Below, piece after piece: positions 1 through 12,400 of a DNA stretch of 64,000 bases. Numbering within the stretch: the stretch's first letter is position 1; each line of letters begins with the position of its first letter. The notes beneath the pieces were generated by a model. The model was not told the origin of the DNA. It was given only the letters and a program-made list of their open reading frames with translations, and made no database searches. Both the position numbers and the translations under genes were made by a program. The DNA comes from Nemertoderma westbladi. Its lineage: Eukaryota; Animalia; Xenacoelomorpha. The stretch is from positions 86,436-150,435 of the forward strand of contig JAUCBJ010009057.1 of assembly GCA_032718475.1 (NCBI GenBank), written 5' to 3'.

Positions 1-2
1 AG

Positions 3-2152
3 TGGAACGAAACTCTTAACGTTATCGAGATGTATGGAGTTGTCACTTACGATAACGAAGGTAGCGTTCCGGTTGGAGAACTGGGAACTACGCGGATGAT
101 ACACATACGAGGACTCGCTGGTTCTACCCACGTATTTACTCGAGCGTGTTCCGATGTGATTGATTATTCTTTTGAAACTCTTACTGAGACACAAAAGAAA
201 CTCCGACATGGACAATTCGAACTCGCGCAGCGTTACGTCACCGACACCGAGCGCAAACCGGCCATGGGTATTGATGGATCGATGTTACCCCAGCCCGTGC
301 TTGAGATGTTGTTAACGAAAGAATCCTTAAAATCGGCTCAGCTGTTTATGGAGATCTACAAAACGACTTTCGGAATATGGAGAACATTCCATACCCTTTC
401 GTTGATACTCAGCTGATTGCTCCCTGGGCAGAAGGCCGATGTTTCTTCCGCACCATGTATGCCAATACACCCAGCGGCATTACTAAAGTACAACGAACCT
501 CCATCGGACATCTTGCCTTTCAAGAATACGGATGGAATTTCAAGGTTGGAAATCCTATCAATTACCAACAAGTATATGGAGACCATTATTCTCGTTTATA
601 CTTTGATGGACCATTGACCGCACCTGGCGCCGTGTATAGCTTTATGAGTGTTCCACTTCGTCCCTCCTTAGCTATATACACGATCTTTGAAAACGCAGCA
701 CTTGCCGGTTGGCTAGCCGATGTGTGCAGTCGTACCATACGCGCCCATCCCTTAATACTTGGAACCAAACTCGCCAAGTTAGATGAACACAATAAATTCA
801 TCCGCTTCGAATGTTTCAGGCGCTTTCTGACTCCGTTCCGTAACGTTGATAGTCAGTTCAAGGACCGCGCTCTGACCAAACTCAGCCTAAGAGACTCAGC
901 TGCGGAGAAGCTAAACAGCGCGGGATTTGCCCTCTTTCAGGACGTTTGTATACAGAACTTACATTCATCTGTTATACAAAGACCCCGAATACCCACGGGT
1001 TATTCTGTCGTGGAAGTTCAGACAGTGGGTCCGCTTGCGGAGACAGCCGCACCTACCTCAGCTATGCAATTGGAAGACGAACCAATATGCTTAGAATCTG
1101 AAGCGATCCAGCCTACAGCACCCCGGAGCAGCGATAACGATTACGTCTTGGAGTGGTATCAAGGTCCACAATGTCTCACTGCATACGATTATCGACACGC
1201 CAACTATGTTTCTCGAAAACGTTGTCGATTATGCGCATCGAGAGACCATGTCACCCCTATGGACTCAGACGTACCCTGCTCCTATTTCCACGAACAACCG
1301 ATGATGGAGATCTATTGTGCGTATTGCAGACTTAATAACTCGCATATTTTTGCAGTCTGCCCCCAATTTATGACCCAATGCCACCACTGTCAACTTAAAG
1401 GACATGCCAGTTATAATTGCCCCTTTAACCGCGATTTAGAAAGCGTAGATGAGATGATTACCCTGCGCTACATCCGAGCTTGGGAAGCGAACGCGGATTT
1501 ACATTGTGAGTCCTGCCATCGCTACTACCCTGGACGCTCTTACGAGGGAGTTTACGCGTTCCATCCTTATTTATTCGCGTCTGTGGAACAAAAAACACGC
1601 ACACCGAGTTATGAACTAATGAAGCGTGTTGGTGAGTGTATTTCCACCAAATTTGTTCGAAAATATCTTAGGAACGTCAATCCTAACGATATTACTTCAT
1701 ACCATTTGATCAATTTCATCCGTCAAGACCCTGAGTATGGCGATTTATTTATCAACTCGCACCCTGAGTTACAGGAAGTATCTCGACGGCCCTACGAATA
1801 TCGAGCCCGAGAACGCGAGCTGGAAAGAACCATTAAACCGAGGAAGTTTCTCACCACTCACGGTCCACCTACCGCCATTGTCCAGACGACCCGTCAAGGA
1901 CCCGTCGGAGCTGCTGTCCTAAGACGCACCCTAAAGGCCGTTAGACCTCGCTCCACTGAAGTTGATATCGATCAACCAGGTACCTCGACCGGCGGATACA
2001 CCGATCGTAATCCTAAACCTTCTGATGCAATTGTATTGCACCCTTCACCCAGGAGTTATAGCCCTCCTAGTAAAGTGGCTTGCCCCAAAGAGAAAAGGAC
2101 TCTTGCTAGCCTCAAAAAACTGCGTAAACGCCGTCCGCGTAAGAAAGACTAA
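3..2152 (+). pseudogene. A1 ORF3: DEDDy-like 3'-5' exonuclease fold + three zinc knuckles; 5'-truncated by the window, one frameshift near 311
   Basis: Frame 3 reads WNETLNVIEMYGVVTYDNEG...LPQPVLEML; frame 2 from about 314 reads NERILKIGSAVYGDL...FVDTQ and runs into ORF 377-2152, which has CRLCASRDH..C, CAYCRLNNSHIFAVC and CHHCQLKGHASYNC; motifs are collinear with ORF 41871-44405. Confidence 0.75.
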
Positions 2153-2220
2153 CTGTTTAGAGTATTTTTATATTTTAGAAACTGTGATTTGTTATATTTT
2201 ATAGACTTAAATCCCATTTT

Positions 2221-2230
2221 CTGGGAGCGG
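2221..2230 (+). promoter_or_regulatory. Polypurine tract of A1 (CTGGGAGCGG)
   Basis: Immediately precedes the TGT LTR start; same sequence reverse-complemented at 31795-31804 beside the A2 3' LTR. Confidence 0.75.
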
Positions 2231-3411
2231 TGTAAAGGCTTTCGCGGAATTAGCCGGTTATTTTCCCCGTAAAGTACTCTGTAGTTGGTTTAACAGGCAT
2301 AAAAGGCCGTGTCCTTACTGTACTGGTGTTTTAGAGGACATAAAAGCCATTTCTTCTGTATGTGTACTTTAGCGGACATAATTAGCAATTCTATGACGCA
2401 ATACGCCTGATCCTCTTGAAACAGTGTAGCTACCATGACGACGGCTAACAGCTGAGGCTGTACACGTGGAGCTTTTTCTTTGTTCTCTGTTCCTTCTTTG
2501 TTCGGTCGACCAATCAGAGCGTTTTTTGACTCTGTGTTGGAGATTGTATACAGAAACTCGTGGAGTTGAGTCAGTATGTGTTTTTATCCACTGCCTAGAA
2601 CACCGGCTTTGGAACCTTCGTGTTTCAGTCTTTAGCACAACAGTAGTAGGCTTAATTATAGAATGTATATCTGTTATCATAACTTAACTCACAAACCATA
2701 CCAATTCGCATCTCATTAAACATATCAATCAAACTTAACTTAACATTTTACTGCTATTTACTGTCGGTTATTCATTATATTTGTTGATGGAATATTATAT
2801 TTGGAATACTGATAAATAATCAGACACCCCAATCTTCTTGATATACTAAAGGTTAGGGAGACCGGTTACATATAACGATTGCGACTTACATTAAAGTGGT
2901 TTGAAGTGAATCTAATGCTATTTCATAGGCCCTACATGTATTGTCTGTTGTTCTCTTTATATGTGACTAAAATTAGTGAAGGTCGGCAGATCAGTGTGCA
3001 GTATTGTGCAGTATTGTGTATGATTGTGACTGATAACAAAGCATCTCCTAAAGAATGCGCCATATCCGTGAATCTATAGCCATCCCGTTGTGTCTAGTTT
3101 AAGTCATAACTCTGTTTACATATTTAGAGCGCCACGTCCTAAAGGAACTGTTAATATTTCCCGAAAGTGAATAATATTTGTCAGAGATTATATATTACGA
3201 TCAGTCGAATAATACAGTAGGCTTACACCGCAATACGGTTAGGCTTCCGAATCCAGTCTCCCGGGTATATCCAGCGGGTGAATGATCGCGCATAGACTGG
3301 CTTCGGCTAATGTAGTGTATCAAATACTTGTCATAGGCTAAAGACGATCTATTATCTAGAAGACATCCCAATTTGGCAGGTTAAACTGCTAAAGGTCTGA
3401 AAGCGCGAACA
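2231..3411 (+). repeat. 3' LTR of A1 (1181 bp, TGT...ACA)
   Basis: Starts TGTAAAGGCTTTCGCGG, ends AAGCGCGAACA; distal ~750 bp homologous to the A2 and A3 LTRs. Confidence 0.9.
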
Positions 3412-6400
3412 GCAAGTATTGATGTATCATGTAAGTACTGCAAGTATTGGTGTACCATGTAAGTACCTCAAGTATTGGTGTATCATGTAAGTACCTCAAG
3501 TATTGGTGTACCATGTAAGTACCTCAAGTATTGGTGTATCATGTATGTACGGCAAGTATTGGTGTACCATGTAAGTACCTCAAGTATTGGTGTACCATGT
3601 AAGTACCGCAAGTATTGGTGTATCATGTAAGTACCGCAAGTATTGGTGTACCATGTAAGTACCGCAAGTATTGGTGTATCATGTAAGTACCGCAAGTATT
3701 GCTGTACCATGTAAGTACCTCAAGTATTGGTGTATCATGTAAGTACCTCAAGTATTGGTGTATCATGTAAGTACCTCAAGTATTGGTGTATCATGTAAGT
3801 ACCGCAAGTATTGCTGTACCATGTAAGTACCTCAAGTATTGGTGTATCATGTAAGTACCTCAATTATTGGTGTATCATGTAAGTACCTCAAGTATTGGTG
3901 TATCATGTATGTACCGCAAGTATTGATGTATCATGTAAGTACTGCAAGTATTGGTGTACCATGTAAGTACCGCAAGTATTGGTGTACCATGTAAGTACCG
4001 CAAGTATTGGTGTACCATGTAAGTACCGCAAGTATTGGTGTACCATGTAAGTACCGCAAGTATTGGTGTATCATGTAAGTACCGCAAGTATTGGTGTACC
4101 ATGTAAGTACCTCAAGTATTGGTGTATCATGTAAGTACCTCAAGTATTGGTGTATCATGTAAGTACCTCAAGTATTGGTGTATCATGTATGTACCGCAAG
4201 TATTGATGTATCATGTAAGTACTGCAAGTATTGGTGTACCATGTAAGTACCTCAAGTATTGGTGTATCATGTATGTACGGCAAGTATTGGTGTACCATGT
4301 AAGTACCGCAAGTATTGGTGTACCATGTAAGTACTGCAAGTATTGGTGTACCATGTAAGTACTGCAAGTATTGGTGTACCATGTAAGTACCTCAAGTATT
4401 GGTGTATCATGTAAGTACCGCAAGTATTGGTGTACCATGTAAGTACCTCAAGTATTGGTGTATCATGTAAGTACCGCAAGTATTGGTGAACCATGTAAGT
4501 ACCGCAAGTATTGGTGTATCATGTAAGTACCGCAAGTATTGGTGTATCATGTAAGTACCGCAAGTATTGGTATACCATGTAAGTACCGCAAGTATTGGTG
4601 TACCATGTAAGTACCGCAAGTATTGGTGTACCATGTAAGTACCGCAAGTATTGGTGTATCATGTAAGTACCGCAAGTATTGGTGTATCATGTAAGTACCG
4701 CAAGTATTGGTGTATCATGTAAGTACCGCAAGTATTGGTGTACCATGTAAGTACCGCAAGTATTGGTGTACCATGTAAGTACCGCAAGTATTGGTGTATC
4801 ATGTAAGTACCGCAAGTATTGGTGTACCATGTAAGTACCGCAAGTATTGGTGTACCATGTAAGTACCGCAAGTATTGGTGTATCATGTAAGTACCGCAAG
4901 TATTGGTGTATCATGTAAGTACCGCAAGTATTGGTGTACCATGTAAGTACCGCAAGTATTGGTGTACCATGTAAGTACCTCAAGTATTGGTGTACCATGT
5001 AAGTACCGCAAGTGAGTACCTCAAGTATTGGTGTATCATGTAAGTACCGCAAGTATTGTTGTACCATGTAAGTACCGCAAGTGAGTACATCAAGTATTGG
5101 TGTACCATGTAAGTACCGCAAGTGAGTACATCAAGTATTGGTGTACCATGTAATTACCGCAAGTATTGGTGTACCATGTAAGTACCGCAACTATTGGTGT
5201 ACCATGTAAGTACCGCAAGTGAGTACATCAAGTATTGGTGTACCATGTAAGTACCGCAAGTATTGGTGTACCATGTAAGTACCGCAAGTATTGGTGTTCC
5301 ATGTAAGTACCGCAAGTATTGGTGTACCATGTAAGTACCGCAAGTGAGTACATCAAGTATTGGTGTACCATGTAAGTATCGCAAGTATTGGTGTATCATG
5401 TAAGTACCGCAAGTATTGGTGTATCATGTAAGTACCGCAAGTGAGTACATCAAGTATTGGTGTACCATGTAAGTACCGCAAGTATTGGTGTATCATGTAA
5501 GTACCGCAAGTATTGGTGTACCATGTAAGTACCGCAAGTGAGTACATCAAGTATTGGTGTACCATGTAAGTACCGCAAGTATTTGTGTATCATGTAAGTA
5601 CCGCAAGTATTGGTGTATCATGTAAGTACCGCAAGTGAGTACATCAAGTATTGGTGTCCCATGTAAGTACCGCAAGTATTGGTGTACCATGTAAGTACCG
5701 CAACTATTGGTGTATCATGTAAGTACCGCAAGTATTGGTGTACCATGTAAGTACCGCAAGTATTGGTGTATCATTTAAGTACCGCAAGTATTGGTGTACC
5801 ATGTAAGTACCGCAAGTGAGTACATCAAGTATTGGTGTACCATGTAAGTACCGCAAGTATTGGTGTATCATGTATGTACGGCAAGTATTGGTGTACCATG
5901 TAAGTACCGCAAGTATTGGTGTATCATGTAAGTACCGCAAGTATTGGTGTACCATGTAAGTACCGCAAGTGAGTACATCAAGTATTGGTGTACCATGTAA
6001 GTACCGCAAGTATTGGTGTATCATGTAAGTACCGCAAGTATTGGTGTATCATTTAAGTACCGCAAGTGAGTACATCAAGTATTGGTGTACCATGTAAGTA
6101 CCGCAAGTATTGGTGTACCATGTAAGTACCGCAACTATTGGTGTATCATGTAAGTACCGCAAGTATTGGTGTACCATGTAAGTACCGCAAGAGAGTACAT
6201 CAAGTATTGGTGTACCATGTAAGTACCGCAAGTATTGGTGTATCATGTAAGTACCGCAAGTATTGGTGTATCATGTAAGTACCGCAAGTATTGGTGTATC
6301 ATGTAAGTACCGCAAGTATTGGTGTACCATGTAAGTACCGCAAGTGAGTACATCAAGTATTGGTGTACCATGTAAGTACCGCAAGTATTGGTGTATCATG

Positions 6401-9400
6401 TAAGTACCGCAAGTATTGGTGTATCATGTAAGTACCGCAAGTATTGGTGTATCATGTAAGTACCGCAAGTATTGGTGTATCATGTAAGTACCGCAAGTAT
6501 TGGTGTACCATGTAAGTACCTCAAGTATTGGTTTATCATGTAAGTACCGCAAGTATTGGTGTATCATGTAAGTACCGCAAGTATTGGTGTACCATGTAAG
6601 TACCGCAAGAGAGTACATCAAGTATTGGTGTACCATGTAAGTACCGCAAGTATTGGTGTATCATGTAAGTACCGCAAGTATTGGTGTATCATGTAAGTAC
6701 CGCAAGTATTGGTGTATCATGTAAGTACCGCAAGTATTGGTGTACCATGTAAGTACCGCAAGTGAGTACATCAAGTATTGGTGTACCATGTAAGTACCGC
6801 AAGTATTGGTGTATCATGTAAGTACCGCAAGTATTGGTGTATCATGTAAGTACCGCAAGTATTGGTGTATCATGTAAGTACCGCAAGTATTGGTGTATCA
6901 TGTAAGTACCGCAAGTATTGGTGTACCATGTAAGTACCTCAAGTATTGGTTTATCATGTAAGTACCGCAAGTATTGGTGTATCATGTAAGTACCGCAAGT
7001 ATTGGTGTACCATGTAAGTACCGCAAGTATTGGTGTATCATGTAAGTACCGCAAGTATTGGTGTATCATGTAAGTACCGCAAGTATTGGTGTATCATGTA
7101 AGTACCGCAAGTATTGGTGTACCATGTAAGTACCGCAAGTGAGTACATCAAGTATTGGTGTACCATGTAAGTACCGCAAGTATTGGTGTATCATGTAAGT
7201 ACCGCAAGTATTGGTGTATCATGTAAGTACCGCAAGTATTGGTGTATCATGTAAGTACCGCAAGTATTGGTGTATCATGTAAGTACCGCAAGTATTGGTG
7301 TACCATGTAAGTACCTCAAGTATTGGTTTATCATGTAAGTACCGCAAGTATTGGTGTATCATGTAAGTACCGCAAGTATTGGTGTACCATGTAAGTACCT
7401 CAAGTATTGGTGTATCATGTAAGTACCGCAAGTATTGGTGTATCATGTAAGTACCGCAAGTATTGGTGTATCATGTAAGTACCGCAAGTGAGTACATCAA
7501 GTATTGGTGTACCATGTAAGTACCGCAAGTATTGGTGTACCATGTAAGTACCGCAAGTGAGTACATCAAGTATTGGTGTACCATGTAAGTATCGCAAGTA
7601 TTGGTGTATCATGTAAGTACCGCAAGTATTGGTGTATCATGTAAGTACCGCAAGTGAGTACATCAAGTATTGGTGTACCATGTAAGTACCGCAAGTATTG
7701 GTGTATCATGTAAGTACCGCAAGTATTGGTGTACCATGTAAGTACCGCAAGTGAGTACATCAAGTATTGGTGTACCATGTAAGTACCGCAAGTATTGGTG
7801 TATCATGTAAGTACCGCAAGTATTGGTGTATCATGTAAGTACCGCAAGTGAGTACATCAAGTATTGGTGTACCATGTAAGTACCGCAAGTATTGGTGTAC
7901 CATGTAAGTACCGCAACTATTGGTGTATCATGTAAGTACCGCAAGTATTGGTGTACCATGTAAGTACCGCAAGTATTGGTGTATCATTTAAGTACCGCAA
8001 GTATTGGTGTACCATGTAAGTACCGCAAGTGAGTACATCAAGTATTGGTGTACCATGTAAGTACCGCAAGTATTGGTGTATCATGTATGTACGGCAAGTA
8101 TTGGTGTACCATGTAAGTACCGCAAGTATTGGTGTATCATGTAAGTACCGCAAGTATTGGTGTACCATGTAAGTACCTCAAGTATTGGTGTATCATGTAA
8201 GTACCTCAAGTATTGGTGTACCATGTAAGTACCTCAAGTATTGGTGTATCATGTATGTACGGCAAGTATTGGTGTACCATGTAAGTACCTCAAGTATTGG
8301 TGTACCATGTAAGTACCGCAAGTATTGGTGTATCATGTAAGTACCGCAAGTATTGGTGTACCATGTAAGTACCGCAAGTATTGGTGTATCATGTAAGTAC
8401 CGCAAGTATTGCTGTACCATGTAAGTACCTCAAGTATTGGTGTATCATGTAAGTACCTCAAGTATTGGTGTATCATGTAAGTACCTCAAGTATTGGTGTA
8501 TCATGTAAGTACCGCAAGTATTGCTGTACCATGTAAGTACCTCAAGTATTGGTGTATCATGTAAGTACCTCAATTATTGGTGTATCATGTAAGTACCTCA
8601 AGTATTGGTGTATCATGTATGTACCGCAAGTATTGATGTATCATGTAAGTACTGCAAGTATTGGTGTACCATGTAAGTACCGCAAGTATTGGTGTACCAT
8701 GTAAGTACCGCAAGTATTGGTGTACCATGTAAGTACCGCAAGTATTGGTGTACCATGTAAGTACCGCAAGTATTGGTGTATCATGTAAGTACCGCAAGTA
8801 TTGGTGTACCATGTAAGTACCTCAAGTATTGGTGTATCATGTAAGTACCTCAAGTATTGGTGTATCATGTAAGTACCTCAAGTATTGGTGTATCATGTAT
8901 GTACCGCAAGTATTGATGTATCATGTAAGTACTGCAAGTATTGGTGTACCATGTAAGTACCTCAAGTATTGGTGTATCATGTATGTACGGCAAGTATTGG
9001 TGTACCATGTAAGTACCGCAAGTATTGGTGTACCATGTAAGTACTGCAAGTATTGGTGTACCATGTAAGTACTGCAAGTATTGGTGTACCATGTAAGTAC
9101 CTCAAGTATTGGTGTATCATGTAAGTACCGCAAGTATTGGTGTACCATGTAAGTACCTCAAGTATTGGTGTATCATGTAAGTACCGCAAGTATTGGTGTA
9201 CCATGTAAGTACCGCAAGTATTGGTGTATCATGTAAGTACCGCAAGTATTGGTGTATCATGTAAGTACCGCAAGTATTGGTATACCATGTAAGTACCGCA
9301 AGTATTGGTGTACCATGTAAGTACCGCAAGTATTGGTGTACCATGTAAGTACCGCAAGTATTGGTGTATCATGTAAGTACCGCAAGTATTGGTGTATCAT

Positions 9401-12400
9401 GTAAGTACCGCAAGTATTGGTGTATCATGTAAGTACCGCAAGTATTGGTGTACCATGTAAGTACCGCAAGTATTGGTGTACCATGTAAGTACCGCAAGTA
9501 TTGGTGTATCATGTAAGTACCGCAAGTATTGGTGTACCATGTAAGTACCGCAAGTATTGGTGTACCATGTAAGTACCGCAAGTATTGGTGTATCATGTAA
9601 GTACCGCAAGTATTGCTGTACCATGTAAGTACCTCAAGTATTGGTGTATCATGTAAGTACCTCAAGTATTGGTGTATCATGTAAGTACCTCAAGTATTGG
9701 TGTATCATGTAAGTACCGCAAGTATTGCTGTACCATGTAAGTACCTCAAGTATTGGTGTATCATGTAAGTACCTCAATTATTGGTGTATCATGTAAGTAC
9801 CTCAAGTATTGGTGTATCATGTATGTACCGCAAGTATTGATGTATCATGTAAGTACTGCAAGTATTGGTGTACCATGTAAGTACCGCAAGTATTGGTGTA
9901 CCATGTAAGTACCGCAAGTATTGGTGTACCATGTAAGTACCGCAAGTATTGGTGTACCATGTAAGTACCGCAAGTATTGGTGTATCATGTAAGTACCGCA
10001 AGTATTGGTGTACCATGTAAGTACCGCAAGTATTGGTGTACCATGTAAGTACCGCAAGTATTGGTGTATCATGTAAGTACCGNNNNNNNNNNNNNNNNNN
10101 NNNNNNNNNNNNNNNNNNNNNNNNNNNNNNNNNNNNNNNNNNNNNNNNNNNNNNNNNNNNNNNNNNNNNNNNNNNNNNNNNNTAAGTACCTCAAGTATTG
10201 GTGTACCATGTAAGTACCGCAAGTGAGTACCTCAAGTATTGGTGTATCATGTAAGTACCGCAAGTATTGTTGTACCATGTAAGTACCGCAAGTGAGTACA
10301 TCAAGTATTGGTGTACCATGTAAGTACCGCAAGTGAGTACATCAAGTATTGGTGTACCATGTAATTACCGCAAGTATTGGTGTACCATGTAAGTACCGCA
10401 ACTATTGGTGTACCATGTAAGTACCGCAAGTGAGTACATCAAGTATTGGTGTACCATGTAAGTACCGCAAGTATTGGTGTACCATGTAAGTACCGCAAGT
10501 ATTGGTGTTCCATGTAAGTACCGCAAGTATTGGTGTACCATGTAAGTACCGCAAGTGAGTACATCAAGTATTGGTGTACCATGTAAGTATCGCAAGTATT
10601 GGTGTATCATGTAAGTACCGCAAGTATTGGTGTATCATGTAAGTACCGCAAGTGAGTACATCAAGTATTGGTGTACCATGTAAGTACCGCAAGTATTGGT
10701 GTATCATGTAAGTACCGCAAGTATTGGTGTACCATGTAAGTACCGCAAGTGAGTACATCAAGTATTGGTGTACCATGTAAGTACCGCAAGTATTTGTGTA
10801 TCATGTAAGTACCGCAAGTATTGGTGTATCATGTAAGTACCGCAAGTGAGTACATCAAGTATTGGTGTCCCATGTAAGTACCGCAAGTATTGGTGTACCA
10901 TGTAAGTACCGCAACTATTGGTGTATCATGTAAGTACCGCAAGTATTGGTGTACCATGTAAGTACCGCAAGTATTGGTGTATCATTTAAGTACCGCAAGT
11001 ATTGGTGTACCATGTAAGTACCGCAAGTGAGTACATCAAGTATTGGTGTACCATGTAAGTACCGCAAGTATTGGTGTATCATGTATGTACGGCAAGTATT
11101 GGTGTACCATGTAAGTACCGCAAGTATTGGTGTATCATGTAAGTACCGCAAGTATTGGTGTACCATGTAAGTACCGCAAGTGAGTACATCAAGTATTGGT
11201 GTACCATGTAAGTACCGCAAGTATTGGTGTATCATGTAAGTACCGCAAGTATTGGTGTATCATTTAAGTACCGCAAGTGAGTACATCAAGTATTGGTGTA
11301 CCATGTAAGTACCGCAAGTATTGGTGTACCATGTAAGTACCGCAACTATTGGTGTATCATGTAAGTACCGCAAGTATTGGTGTACCATGTAAGTACCGCA
11401 AGAGAGTACATCAAGTATTGGTGTACCATGTAAGTACCGCAAGTATTGGTGTATCATGTAAGTACCGCAAGTATTGGTGTATCATGTAAGTACCGCAAGT
11501 ATTGGTGTATCATGTAAGTACCGCAAGTATTGGTGTACCATGTAAGTACCGCAAGTGAGTACATCAAGTATTGGTGTACCATGTAAGTACCGCAAGTATT
11601 GGTGTATCATGTAAGTACCGCAAGTATTGGTGTATCATGTAAGTACCGCAAGTATTGGTGTATCATGTAAGTACCGCAAGTATTGGTGTATCATGTAAGT
11701 ACCGCAAGTATTGGTGTACCATGTAAGTACCTCAAGTATTGGTTTATCATGTAAGTACCGCAAGTATTGGTGTATCATGTAAGTACCGCAAGTATTGGTG
11801 TACCATGTAAGTACCGCAAGTATTGGTGTATCATGTAAGTACCGCAAGTATTGGTGTATCATGTAAGTACCGCAAGTATTGGTGTATCATGTAAGTACCG
11901 CAAGTATTGGTGTACCATGTAAGTACCGCAAGTGAGTACATCAAGTATTGGTGTACCATGTAAGTACCGCAAGTATTGGTGTATCATGTAAGTACCGCAA
12001 GTATTGGTGTATCATGTAAGTACCGCAAGTATTGGTGTATCATGTAAGTACCGCAAGTATTGGTGTATCATGTAAGTACCGCAAGTATTGGTGTACCATG
12101 TAAGTACCTCAAGTATTGGTTTATCATGTAAGTACCGCAAGTATTGGTGTATCATGTAAGTACCGCAAGTATTGGTGTACCATGTAAGTACCTCAAGTAT
12201 TGGTGTATCATGTAAGTACCGCAAGTATTGGTGTATCATGTAAGTACCGCAAGTATTGGTGTATCATGTAAGTACCGCAAGTGAGTACATCAAGTATTGG
12301 TGTACCATGTAAGTACCGCAAGTATTGGTGTACCATGTAAGTACCGCAAGTGAGTACATCAAGTATTGGTGTACCATGTAAGTATCGCAAGTATTGGTGT

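Larger units (their letters stand above)
1..3411 (+). mobile_element. BEL/Pao LTR retrotransposon family A, copy A1 (3' part: ORF3, PPT, 3' LTR; 5' part outside window)
   Basis: 3' UTR, PPT and LTR are homologous to the A2 3' end (reverse complement of 30595-32030); the LTR ends ...GCGCGAACA directly against the satellite. Confidence 0.88.
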
